Shown here in pieces: positions 1 through 10,362 of a stretch of 32,000 nt of DNA (its first letter is position 1; every line of letters starts with the position of its first letter). The notes under the pieces are model-generated. The model was not told where the DNA came from. It was given only the letters and a program-made list of their open reading frames with translations, and did not search any database. The translations under genes and the position numbers were made by a program. This DNA comes from Sinorhizobium meliloti. GTDB taxonomy: Bacteria > Pseudomonadota > Alphaproteobacteria > Rhizobiales > Rhizobiaceae. The stretch covers positions 660,001-692,000 of the forward strand of contig NZ_JAGIOS010000002.1 of NCBI RefSeq assembly GCF_017876815.1, written 5' to 3'.

Positions 1-517
1 CAAGGCCGCGCGTTTCGTCCGCTTCTGCGACGCCTTTTCTATCCCGATCCTGACGCTGGTCGACGTGCCCGGCTTCCTGCCCGGCACCGCCCAGGAATAT
101 GGCGGCGTCATCAAGCACGGCGCCAAGCTGCTCTTCGCCTATAGCCAGGCGACGGTCCCCATGGTGACGCTGATCACGCGCAAGGCCTATGGCGGCGCCT
201 ATGACGTCATGGCGTCCAAACACATCGGAGCCGACGTGAACTACGCCTGGCCGACGGCTGAGATCGCCGTGATGGGCGCCAAGGGCGCGACCGAGATTCT
301 CTACCGTTCCGAACTCGGCGATCCCGAGAAGATCGCGGCCCGGACGAAAGAATACGAAGAGCGCTTCGCCAATCCCTTCGTCGCCGCCGAGCGAGGCTTC
401 ATAGACGAGGTGATCATGCCGCACTCCTCCCGCCGCCGCATCGCCCGCGCGTTCGCCTCCTTGCGCAACAAGCAGGTCGAGACCCGCTGGCGCAAGCACG
501 ACACCATCCCGCTTTGA
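1..517 (+). CDS. pccB: Propionyl-CoA carboxylase beta (carboxyltransferase) subunit, C-terminal part; the 5' end lies outside the window
   Basis: The frame is open from nt 2 ([28 protein letters not shown]...) to the stop at 515-517. [24 protein letters not shown]...[12 protein letters not shown] is the conserved acyl-CoA carboxyltransferase C-terminal half. The biotin carboxylase/BCCP subunit gene follows directly. Confidence 0.9.
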   Translation, partial: KAARFVRFCDAFSIPILTLVDVPGFLPGTAQEYGGVIKHGAKLLFAYSQATVPMVTLITRKAYGGAYDVMASKHIGADVNYAWPTAEIAVMGAKGATEILYRSELGDPEKIAARTKEYEERFANPFVAAERGFIDEVIMPHSSRRRIARAFASLRNKQVETRWRKHDTIPL

Positions 518-529
518 CGGGAGAACCCG

Positions 530-2542
530 ATGGGACACATGTTCAAAAAGATCCTCATCGCCAATCGTGGTGAAATCGCCTGCCGCGTCATCCGCACCGC
601 GAAGGCTCTCGGCATTCCGACCGTCGCCGTCTATTCGGATGCCGACCGCGACGCCATGCATGTGCGCATGGCGGACGAGGCCGTCCATATCGGCCCATCC
701 CCATCCAGCCAATCCTACATCGTCATCGAGAATATCCTCGCGGCGATCCGCAGGACCGGGGCCGATGCCGTTCACCCCGGCTACGGCTTCCTCTCCGAAA
801 ACGCCGCCTTCGCCGAGGCTCTCGAGAAGGATGGCGTGACCTTCATCGGCCCGCCGGTCCGGGCGATCGAGGCGATGGGGGACAAGATCACCTCCAAGAA
901 GCTCGCCGCCGAAGCGGGCGTTTTCACCGTTCCCGGCCATATGGGGCTGATCGAGGATGCGGACGAGGCCGCGCGCATCGCCGCTGAGATCGGCTTTCCG
1001 GTGATGATCAAGGCTTCCGCCGGCGGCGGCGGCAAGGGCATGCGGATCGCCTGGAACGAGCGGGAGGCACGCGAGGGTTTCCAGTCGTCGAAAAACGAGG
1101 CGAAGAGCTCCTTCGGCGACGACCGCATCTTCATCGAGAAATTCGTGACCGAGCCCCGCCACATCGAGATTCAGGTGCTCGGCGACAAGCATGGCAATAT
1201 CGTCTATCTCGGCGAGCGCGAATGCTCGATCCAGCGGCGGAACCAGAAGGTCATCGAGGAGGCGCCCTCGCCCTTTCTCGACGAGAAGACGCGCCGCGCC
1301 ATGGGCGAGCAGGCGGTCGCCCTGGCAAAGGCCGTCGGCTATCACTCGGCCGGCACCGTCGAATTCATCGTGGACGCCGGCCGCAACTTCTACTTTCTCG
1401 AGATGAACACCCGGCTTCAGGTCGAGCATCCCGTGACGGAACTCGTCACCGGCCTCGATCTGGTCGAGCAGATGATCCGCGTCGCGGCCGGCGCGAAATT
1501 GGCTTTCGCCCAGAAAGACGTGAAGCTCGACGGCTGGGCGATCGAAAGCAGGCTCTATGCGGAAGACCCCTACCGCAATTTCCTCCCGTCGATCGGCCGG
1601 CTGACGCGCTATCGCCCGCCCGAGGAAGGCACGCAGGCGGACGGCACCGTCATCCGCAACGACACAGGCGTCTTCGAAGGCGGCGAGATCTCGATGTATT
1701 ACGATCCGATGATCGCCAAGCTCTGCACCTGGGGACCGGACCGGCTGACGGCGGTCCGGGCGATGGCGGACGCGCTCGACGCATTCGAGGTCGAGGGCAT
1801 CGGTCACAACCTGCCCTTCCTCGCAGCCGTGATGCAGCAGGAGCGTTTCCATGAGGGGCGGCTGACCACCGCTTATATCGCCGAGGAATTTGCCGGCGGT
1901 TTCCACGGGGTGGCGCTGGACGATGCATCCGCACGCAAGCTCGCCGCCGTCGCGGCGACGGTCAACCAGACGCTCCAGGAGCGCGCCAGCCGCATTTCGG
2001 GCACCATCGGCAACCACCGCCGGGTCGTCGGCCATGAATGGGTGACGAGTCTCGATGGTCACGAAATTCAGGTCACATGCGAGGTTTCCGCCGACGGCAC
2101 CTATGTCCGCTTTGCCGACGGGACATCCGTTTCCGTCGCAACCGACTGGGCGCCCGGCCGCACCCGCGCCGCCTTCAACATCGACAATCAGCCCATGAGC
2201 GTGAAGGTCGAGCTCGCCGGCCCGGGCATAAGGCTGCGCTGGCGCGGGATCGACGTCGTTGCACGGGTCAGAAGCCCGCGCATTGCCGAACTCGCCCGGC
2301 TGATGCCGAAGAAGCTGCCGCCGGACACCTCGAAGATGCTGCTCTGCCCGATGCCCGGGGTGGTGACATCGATCACGGTCAAGGCCGGCGAAACGGTCGA
2401 GGCCGGACAGGCGATCGCCGTCGTCGAGGCGATGAAGATGGAGAATATTCTGCGGGCGGAAAAGCGTGCGATCGTGAAGCGCGTGGCGATCGAAGCCGGC
2501 GCGAGCCTCGCGGTGGACGAGTTGATCATGGAGTTCGAGTGA
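530..2542 (+). CDS. pccA: Propionyl-CoA carboxylase alpha subunit (biotin carboxylase plus biotin carboxyl carrier domain)
   Basis: 670-aa ORF with GGGAG 6 nt upstream of ATG 530. ATP-grasp biotin carboxylase N-terminus (KILIANRGEIACRVIRT, glycine loop GGGGKGMR). C-terminal biotinyl domain has VEAMKMEN, with the biotinyl-Lys codon AAG at 2435-2437. Confidence 0.93.
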   Translation: MGHMFKKILIANRGEIACRVIRTAKALGIPTVAVYSDADRDAMHVRMADEAVHIGPSPSSQSYIVIENILAAIRRTGADAVHPGYGFLSENAAFAEALEKDGVTFIGPPVRAIEAMGDKITSKKLAAEAGVFTVPGHMGLIEDADEAARIAAEIGFPVMIKASAGGGGKGMRIAWNEREAREGFQSSKNEAKSSFGDDRIFIEKFVTEPRHIEIQVLGDKHGNIVYLGERECSIQRRNQKVIEEAPSPFLDEKTRRAMGEQAVALAKAVGYHSAGTVEFIVDAGRNFYFLEMNTRLQVEHPVTELVTGLDLVEQMIRVAAGAKLAFAQKDVKLDGWAIESRLYAEDPYRNFLPSIGRLTRYRPPEEGTQADGTVIRNDTGVFEGGEISMYYDPMIAKLCTWGPDRLTAVRAMADALDAFEVEGIGHNLPFLAAVMQQERFHEGRLTTAYIAEEFAGGFHGVALDDASARKLAAVAATVNQTLQERASRISGTIGNHRRVVGHEWVTSLDGHEIQVTCEVSADGTYVRFADGTSVSVATDWAPGRTRAAFNIDNQPMSVKVELAGPGIRLRWRGIDVVARVRSPRIAELARLMPKKLPPDTSKMLLCPMPGVVTSITVKAGETVEAGQAIAVVEAMKMENILRAEKRAIVKRVAIEAGASLAVDELIMEFE

Positions 2543-2576
2543 TGGGAGGAACTGGGCGCGTCGCCTTTCCGACTTG

Positions 2577-2702
2577 CCCCTCTCCTCGGGTTTAACCCGA
2601 GGACTAACCCTCTCCCCGCATGCGGGGAGAGGGGACTTCGTCAGCGCGGCAGACCCCTTCTCCCCGCTTGCGGGGAGAAGGTCCCGGCAGGGGGATGAGG
2701 GG
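2577..2702. repeat. Palindrome-rich intergenic mosaic element (RIME/MITE-like), copy 1, inverted relative to copies 2 and 3
   Basis: Three hairpins: CCTCGGG-TTTAA-CCCGAGG (2584-2602); perfect 26-bp palindrome CCCTCTCCCCGCATGCGGGGAGAGGG (2608-2633); CCTTCTCCCCG-CTTG-CGGGGAGAAGG (2656-2681). It ends in GGGGGATGAGGGG (2690-2702). The same modules recur at 10991-11101 and 25301-25409. Confidence 0.75.
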
Positions 2703-2767
2703 CTGGCGCCCGGAACCGGCAGCCGGATGAGCGGCCCACCATCGCACAGAAGCTTGGAGTGGAACCA

Positions 2768-4906
<2,139 letters not shown>

Positions 4907-4917
4907 ACCGGCCGAGT

Positions 4918-5652
4918 TCAAGTCTCAATCCGGAGCTTCATCCGGTCGGCTGCAAAGCGCGTTCGCGAATATTCGACCGGGCGGCCTTCTAGATCGGCGT
5001 TGACCGATTGCGTCTCCATGACGATCGCCCCCGGCGATAGTTTCAGAAGCGAGAGTTCCTCGGCCTCCGCGTGCCGCGCGACGATCTCCGTCGAGACCCG
5101 GACGTAGTCGTCGAGCCCATGCGCGGCAAAGGCCTTGGTGACCGAGCCGAGCCGCGCATATTCATCCGCCATCCTCGCAAAGCGCTCGGCCGGGTAGTAG
5201 CTGACCGCCGTCGAAAGCGGCCGCCCGTCGCCGCTGCTGACGGTGCTTAGCTCGATAAGAGGGGTGCCTGGGGGAACGCCAAGCGCAGTGGCGATTTCGC
5301 CGCTTGCCGGCACTTGGGCGTGCCCCAGGAGTTCGGTTCCGATTTCTCTCACCTGGCGGCCGAGACCTTGCGAGAAGCGAGTGCGCCGCGAGATCGGATA
5401 GCTCACGCGATCCTTGCGCTCGATCATCGTGCCGCGCCCCTGCACCGCGCGCACCAGACCTTCTTCCGCGAGTGCGGCCAGCGCGCTGCGGACGGTGTGG
5501 CGATTGACGCCGAATTCCGCCGCAAGGGCCGTCTCCGGCGGCACCATGCCGATGGCGTCATAGTCACCGTTGCTGATTGCGAGCCGTATCCTGTCGGCGA
5601 TCTGCCGCCATAGCGCCACGCCCATCTGCCGTTCGACGACCTTCGCCATCAT
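4918..5652 (-). CDS. phnF: GntR/HutC-family transcriptional regulator of phosphonate utilisation (PhnF-like, wHTH plus UTRA domain)
   Basis: The N-terminal wHTH (ETALAAEFGVNRHTVRSALAALAEEGLVRAVQGRGTMI) is followed by a UTRA-type effector domain. The gene is divergent from phnG. I prefer the tandem ATG at 5652/5649 behind GGGGCGAAG; the track ORF start at 5691 is a TTG that would run into the Pho-box-like site. Confidence 0.85.
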   Translation of the reverse strand: MMAKVVERQMGVALWRQIADRIRLAISNGDYDAIGMVPPETALAAEFGVNRHTVRSALAALAEEGLVRAVQGRGTMIERKDRVSYPISRRTRFSQGLGRQVREIGTELLGHAQVPASGEIATALGVPPGTPLIELSTVSSGDGRPLSTAVSYYPAERFARMADEYARLGSVTKAFAAHGLDDYVRVSTEIVARHAEAEELSLLKLSPGAIVMETQSVNADLEGRPVEYSRTRFAADRMKLRIET

Positions 5653-5692
5653 CTTCTTCGCCCCACTTCTTCGCCGCCAGTTTCTTAGCAAA

Positions 5693-5710
5693 TGTCACAA
5701 GCCTGTCATT
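5693..5710 (+). promoter_or_regulatory. Pho-box-like direct repeat (candidate PhoB site) upstream of phnG
   Basis: TGTCACA-AGCC-TGTCATT: two 7-bp TGTCA-type repeats on an 11-bp period, matching the CTGTCAT-N4-CTGTCAT architecture. It lies 65-82 bp upstream of the phnG ATG. An A/T-rich -10 candidate, TATAAG, is at 5730-5735. Confidence 0.5.
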
Positions 5711-5744
5711 TGCGAGGGTTATGGAAAGGTATAAGATGTATAGT

Positions 5745-5762
5745 TGTCTAGATCAATAGACA
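5745..5762. promoter_or_regulatory. Inverted repeat, candidate PhnF (HutC-type) operator
   Basis: TGTCTA-GATCAA-TAGACA, with perfect 6-bp arms. It lies between the -10 candidate and the phnG RBS (GGAG at 5767-5770). A GTATA-N4-GTATA direct repeat lies just upstream (about 5729-5742). GTcTA/TAgAC arms resemble HutC-family operators. Confidence 0.4.
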
Positions 5763-5774
5763 TTTTGGAGTGAG

Positions 5775-6245
5775 ATGATGGACGCAGCGAAGACAAGTGA
5801 AGATGCAGGCGTCGCTCAGCGCCGGGAAGGCATGCGGCTTCTGGCGTGCGCGACGCTCGGCGAACTTTCCTTGGCCTGGGACGCGATCGACGACAAGCCG
5901 GAGGTCGCGCCGGTGCGCGGTCCGGAAACCGGGCTCGTCATGGTGCGCGGCAAGATCGGCGGCGGCGGCGATCCTTTCAATCTCGGCGAGGCCACCGTTT
6001 CACGCGCCACCGTGCGGCTTTCGACCGGCGAGGTCGGCCATGGGCAGCTGCTCGGCACCGACAAGGCACGCGCCCGCTTTGCCGCCATCTTCGACGCGCT
6101 TTTTCAGAGCGCTGCGCATCGCGCAAGCGTCGAGGCGCTGCACGAGCAGGTGGCCGCTCGCCTCGATGCGGAAGACCGTCGCAAGGCCGAGGAAACGGCC
6201 GCGACCCGCGTCGACTTCTTCACCATGGTCCGCGGAGAGGATTGA
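5775..6245 (+). CDS. phnG: C-P lyase core complex subunit PhnG
   Basis: 156-aa ORF with GGAG RBS. It is the first gene of a phnGHIJKL-ordered cluster, and its size and position fit PhnG. Confidence 0.88.
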   Translation: MMDAAKTSEDAGVAQRREGMRLLACATLGELSLAWDAIDDKPEVAPVRGPETGLVMVRGKIGGGGDPFNLGEATVSRATVRLSTGEVGHGQLLGTDKARARFAAIFDALFQSAAHRASVEALHEQVAARLDAEDRRKAEETAATRVDFFTMVRGED

Positions 6246-6847
6246 TGACCGCCCAATCGCAAATCTATAGCGGCGCCTTCGCCGATCCCGTCTTCGAGGC
6301 GCAGTCCGTGTTCCGCAGCCTGATGGACTGCTTCGCCCGCCCGGGCACCATCGGCCGGCTGTCCACTGCTGCAGCCCCGCCGGCGCCATTCGGAGAGGCA
6401 AGCGGAGCTGTCGCGCTAACGCTCTGCGACCATGACACGCCGGTCTGGCTATCGCCGGCGCTCTCCAAATCCTCGGCGCCGAAGTGGATTGCGTTTCACA
6501 CCGGCGCCGGCGTCACCGAGACGAAGGACGAGGCCCGCTTTGCCTTCTTCGAGAAGGGCGCGGCCGTGCCGGGCTTCGACCAGTTCGCCCTCGGCACGCA
6601 GGAATATCCCGACCGTTCCACCACGCTCGTCGTCGAGGTGGAAGCGCTCGAAGGCGGGCAGCCGCTCATCGGCCGGGGACCCGGAATCAAGAACGGGATC
6701 GTCATCGCACCGAAGGGTCTGCCCGACGTGTTCCTCGACCTCTGGGCCGCCAACCGGGCGATCTTTCCGCGCGGCATCGATCTCGTCCTGACGGCGCGCG
6801 AGGCAGTGCTCTGCCTGCCGCGCACCACCAAACTCGAGCGGGAGTAA
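6245..6847 (+). CDS. phnH: C-P lyase core complex subunit PhnH
   Basis: ATG 6245 overlaps the phnG stop by 1 nt (TGATG). The protein starts MTAQSQIYSGAFADPVFEAQSVFRSLMDCFARPG and is 200 aa. The 333-aa track ORF from 5846 is an upstream run-in across phnG. Confidence 0.88.
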   Translation: MTAQSQIYSGAFADPVFEAQSVFRSLMDCFARPGTIGRLSTAAAPPAPFGEASGAVALTLCDHDTPVWLSPALSKSSAPKWIAFHTGAGVTETKDEARFAFFEKGAAVPGFDQFALGTQEYPDRSTTLVVEVEALEGGQPLIGRGPGIKNGIVIAPKGLPDVFLDLWAANRAIFPRGIDLVLTAREAVLCLPRTTKLERE

Positions 6848-6851
6848 GCGC

Positions 6852-7958
6852 ATGTATGTAGCCGTCAAGGGCGGAGAAGCCGCCATTGCCAATGCTCACC
6901 GGCTGCTGGCCGACCGCCGGCGCGGCGACCGGGCGCTGCCCGCGATCACCATAGATCAGGTCGTCGAGCAGCTCGGGCTCGCGGTCGACCGCGTGATGGC
7001 CGAGGCCTCGCTTTACGACCGTGCGCTTGCGGCGCTTGCCGTGCGCCAGGCGCGCGGAGACATGATCGAGGCGATCTTCATCCTGCGCGCCTACCGCACC
7101 ACCCTGCCGCGCTTCGGCTATTGCGAACCGGTCGACACCGCGAAAATGAAGGTCGAGCGGCGCGTCTCGGCGACCTACAAGGATCTGCCCGGCGGCCAGC
7201 TTCTCGGCCCCACCTTCGACTATACGCACCGCCTTCTCGACCCGTCGCTGATCGGCGAAGAACCGGTCGATGAGCCGGTGCTCAAGGAGCCGGGCGAACA
7301 TGTCATGCGAGTCTCCGACATTCTCGACGGCGAAGGCCTGATCGAGGGCGACGGCCAGATGCCGGAAGGCCACGTGGCGGGCGACCTCACGCGCGAGCCG
7401 ATGGAATTTCCGATGGCGCGCGATCTCCGCCTGCAGGCGCTTGCCCGTGGCGACGAAGGATTCCTGCTGGCGCTCGCCTACTCCACGCAGCGCGGCTATG
7501 GCCGCACGCACCCCTTCGTCGGCGAGGTCAGGATCGGCGAGGTCGAGGTCGAACTGGAGCTGCCGGAGCTGGGCTTTGCCGTTTCGCTCGGGGTCATCCG
7601 CGTTACCGAATGCCAGATGGTCAACCAGTTCAAGGGCTCGTCCAGGCAGCCGCCGCAATTCACCCGCGGCTACGGGCTCGTCTTCGGCCAGAGCGAGCGC
7701 AAGGCGATGTCGATGTCGCTGGTCGACCGGGCGCTCCGGACCGACGAATTCGACGAGGACATCGTCGCTCCCGCCCAGGATCAGGAGTTCGTCATCTCGC
7801 ATGCCGACAACGTCCAGGCGACCGGCTTCGTCGAGCACCTGAAGCTGCCGCATTACGTCGACTTCCAGGCCGAGCTCGACCTGGTCAAGCGCATGCGCCG
7901 CGAACACGACGCCGCCCAGGCCGGCGCCAAGGACGGCATGAAGGAGGCCGCCGAATGA
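6852..7958 (+). CDS. phnI: C-P lyase core complex subunit PhnI (ribosyl-triphosphate-forming nucleosidase component)
   Basis: 368-aa ORF with GGGAG RBS. The MYVAVKGGEAAIANAH N-terminus and the length are typical of PhnI, and it sits between phnH and phnJ. Confidence 0.92.
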   Translation: MYVAVKGGEAAIANAHRLLADRRRGDRALPAITIDQVVEQLGLAVDRVMAEASLYDRALAALAVRQARGDMIEAIFILRAYRTTLPRFGYCEPVDTAKMKVERRVSATYKDLPGGQLLGPTFDYTHRLLDPSLIGEEPVDEPVLKEPGEHVMRVSDILDGEGLIEGDGQMPEGHVAGDLTREPMEFPMARDLRLQALARGDEGFLLALAYSTQRGYGRTHPFVGEVRIGEVEVELELPELGFAVSLGVIRVTECQMVNQFKGSSRQPPQFTRGYGLVFGQSERKAMSMSLVDRALRTDEFDEDIVAPAQDQEFVISHADNVQATGFVEHLKLPHYVDFQAELDLVKRMRREHDAAQAGAKDGMKEAAE

Positions 7959-8848
7959 ACGACCTCGCAACTTACAATTTCGCCTATCTGGACGAGCAGA
8001 CGAAGCGGATGATCCGCCGCGCGATCCTGAAGGCGATCGCCATTCCCGGCTATCAGGTGCCCTTCGCCTCCCGCGAAATGCCGATGCCCTATGGCTGGGG
8101 TACCGGCGGAGTGCAATTGACCGCCTCCATCCTCGGGCCCGACGACGTGCTCAAAGTGATCGACCAGGGCGCTGACGACACGACGAACGCCGTTTCGATC
8201 CGCGCCTTCTTCCAGAAGGTCGCCGACGTCGCCGTCACCACGAGGACGACGGAGGCGACGATCATCCAGACGCGCCACCGCATTCCCGAGGAGCAACTGC
8301 GAGAGGGGCAGACGCTCGTCTACCAGGTGCCCATTCCGGAACCACTGCGCTTCCTCGAGCCGCGCGAAACCGAGACGCGCAAGATGCATGCGCTGGAAGA
8401 ATACGGGCTCATGCATGTGAAGCTCTATGAGGACATCGCCCGCAACGGCCATATCGCCACGACCTACGCCTATCCGGTAAAGGTCGAGGGCCGTTACGTG
8501 ATGGACCCCTCGCCGACGCCGAAATTCGACAATCCGAAGATGCATATGTCGGAGGCCCTCCAGCTCTTCGGCGCCGGCCGGGAGAAGCGCATCTATGCGG
8601 TGCCGCCCTATACCGAGGTCGTCAGCCTCGATTTCGAGGATCACCCCTTCGAGGTCCAGAAATTCGACAAGCCCTGCGCCCTTTGCGGCGCCGAGAACGT
8701 CTATCTCGACGAGGTGGTGCTCGACGACAAGGGCGGGCGCATGTTCGTCTGCTCCGACACCGATCATTGCGAGGATCGCCGGGCGCACGGCCATGCCGGC
8801 GCCATGCTCGCCCCCGCCGCGAAAGAAAGCCAGGAGGCTGCAGAATGA
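7955..8848 (+). CDS. phnJ: C-P lyase catalytic subunit PhnJ (radical SAM-type [4Fe-4S] enzyme)
   Basis: ATG 7955 overlaps the phnI stop (ATGA). It has the PMPYGWGTGG glycyl-radical region. The Cys pattern C-x2-C-x21-C-x5-C (CALCGAENVYLDEVVLDDKGGRMFVCSDTDHC) has the same spacing as E. coli PhnJ Cys241/244/266/272. Confidence 0.95.
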   Translation: MNDLATYNFAYLDEQTKRMIRRAILKAIAIPGYQVPFASREMPMPYGWGTGGVQLTASILGPDDVLKVIDQGADDTTNAVSIRAFFQKVADVAVTTRTTEATIIQTRHRIPEEQLREGQTLVYQVPIPEPLRFLEPRETETRKMHALEEYGLMHVKLYEDIARNGHIATTYAYPVKVEGRYVMDPSPTPKFDNPKMHMSEALQLFGAGREKRIYAVPPYTEVVSLDFEDHPFEVQKFDKPCALCGAENVYLDEVVLDDKGGRMFVCSDTDHCEDRRAHGHAGAMLAPAAKESQEAAE

Positions 8849-9621
8849 GCGCCGTGCCGCTTCTCAAAGTCAGTGACGTTTCGAAATTCTATGGAAGCCG
8901 CATCGGCTGCCGCAACGTCTCCTTCGAGCTCTATCCGGGCGAGGTGCTCGCCATCGTCGGGGAATCCGGATCGGGCAAGACCACGCTGCTCTCCTGCCTC
9001 TCGACCCGGCTGATGCCGACATCCGGCATCGTCGAATATCACATGCGCGACGGCCAATACCGGGACCTCGCGCGCATGAGCGAGGCCGAGCGGCGCTTTC
9101 TGATGCGCACCGATTGGGGCTTCGTTCACCAGAACCCGGCGGACGGGCTGAGGATGACGGTTTCGGCCGGCGCCAATGTCGGCGAGCGTTTGATGGCGGT
9201 CGGGGACCGGCACTACGGCAATATACGCGCGGCGGCAGGCGACTGGCTGAGGCGCGTGGAAATCGAAGAGGACCGGATCGACGATCAGCCGCGCGCCTTC
9301 TCCGGCGGCATGCGCCAGCGCCTGCAGATCGCCCGCAATCTGGTCACCTCGCCCCGCCTCGTCTTCATGGACGAGCCGACCGGCGGCCTCGACGTCTCGG
9401 TGCAGGCACGCCTGCTCGATCTCGTTCGCGGGCTCGTCCACGACCTCGGCCTTGCGGCGGTCATCGTCACCCACGACCTCGCCGTGGCACGCCTCCTTTC
9501 GCATCGGATGATGGTGATGAAGGACGGCGCCGTCATCGAGCAGGGTCTGACCGACCGGGTGCTCGACGATCCGCGCGAGCCCTACACGCAGCTCCTCGTT
9601 TCCTCGATTCTTCAGGTGTGA
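8845..9621 (+). CDS. phnK: C-P lyase system ATP-binding protein PhnK
   Basis: ATG 8845 overlaps the phnJ stop (ATGA). Walker A GESGSGKTT, ABC signature FSGGMRQR, Walker B LVFMDEPTGGLD. There is no cognate permease, as expected for PhnK. Confidence 0.92.
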   Translation: MSAVPLLKVSDVSKFYGSRIGCRNVSFELYPGEVLAIVGESGSGKTTLLSCLSTRLMPTSGIVEYHMRDGQYRDLARMSEAERRFLMRTDWGFVHQNPADGLRMTVSAGANVGERLMAVGDRHYGNIRAAAGDWLRRVEIEEDRIDDQPRAFSGGMRQRLQIARNLVTSPRLVFMDEPTGGLDVSVQARLLDLVRGLVHDLGLAAVIVTHDLAVARLLSHRMMVMKDGAVIEQGLTDRVLDDPREPYTQLLVSSILQV

Positions 9622-9654
9622 CGCATTGACAATGCGCAACGGAAAGTAAAGACC

Positions 9655-10362
9655 ATGCCAACTCCCCTCGTTGTCTCGGAAGTCGCGAAAAGCTTCACCA
9701 TGCACCTTCGCGACGGCGTGCGCCTGCCGGTGGTCGCGAATGTCTCCTTCTCGGTGAAGGCCGGCGAATGCGTCGTGCTCGGCGGCCCCTCCGGCGTCGG
9801 CAAGAGCTCGATCCTCAAGATGCTCTACGGAAATTACGGCGTCGACGAAGGCCAGATCCTGGTGGAACATGACGGCCGCCTGGTGAACCTCGCGACGGCC
9901 GAGCCGCGCACCGTGCTCGAGGTGCGCCGCACGACGCTCGGCTATGTCAGCCAGTTTCTGCGTGTCGTGCCGCGCGTCTCCGCCCTCGACATCGTCGCCG
10001 AGCCCTTGCAGGCACGCGGTGTGGCGGCGACGGAAGCGCGGGAGCGCGCGGCCGAGCTGCTTTCGAGGCTCAACCTGCCGAGGGAACTCTGGGCTCTGCC
10101 GCCGGCCACCTTCTCCGGCGGCGAGCAGCAGCGGGTCAACATCGCCCGCGGTTTCATCACCGACCACAAGATCCTGCTCCTCGACGAACCGACGGCGTCG
10201 CTCGACGCGAAGAACCGCGCCGTGGTGGTGGAAATGATCGCCGGGAAGAAGGCGGCCGGCACGGCGCTGATCGGCATTTTCCATGACGAGGAGGTGCGCG
10301 AGGCGGTCGCCGATCGCATCATCGACGTCTCGGAATTCTCGCCGAGGAAATACGCCGCATGA
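9655..10362 (+). CDS. phnL: C-P lyase system ATP-binding protein PhnL
   Basis: Walker [10 protein letters not shown], signature FSGGEQQR, Walker [13 protein letters not shown]. 235 aa, directly after phnK. Confidence 0.9.
   Translation: MPTPLVVSEVAKSFTMHLRDGVRLPVVANVSFSVKAGECVVLGGPSGVGKSSILKMLYGNYGVDEGQILVEHDGRLVNLATAEPRTVLEVRRTTLGYVSQFLRVVPRVSALDIVAEPLQARGVAATEARERAAELLSRLNLPRELWALPPATFSGGEQQRVNIARGFITDHKILLLDEPTASLDAKNRAVVVEMIAGKKAAGTALIGIFHDEEVREAVADRIIDVSEFSPRKYAA

Noticed and set aside
2577-2702. Possible CRISPR array or riboswitch in the repeat-containing spacers (also 10991-11101 and 25301-25409)
   Set aside because: The palindromes are not regularly spaced direct repeats with unique spacers, and no cas genes are present. 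I found no cobalamin-riboswitch core upstream of the B12 mutase; the only GCCACTG lies inside the bhbA coding sequence.
5846-6244. N-terminal extensions of track ORFs for phnH (from 5846), phnJ (from 7610), phnK (from 8683), cyaK (from 22819) and livG (to 27289)
   Set aside because: The extensions overlap the preceding gene out of frame and are Arg/Pro-rich. Conserved N-termini begin at internal ATGs that form ATGA/TGATG overlaps with the upstream stop codons.
6702-7970. 422-aa minus-strand ORF covering all of phnI
   Set aside because: It lies entirely antisense to a gene with a strong family signature. Its translation is Arg/Ala/Gly/Leu-rich low-complexity sequence, typical of the reverse frame of high-GC coding DNA. 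It has no RBS and no recognisable motif.
8764-10284. 506-aa minus-strand ORF antisense to phnK and phnL
   Set aside because: A shadow ORF of the same kind: it spans two real genes plus their intergenic gap and has no domain-like features.
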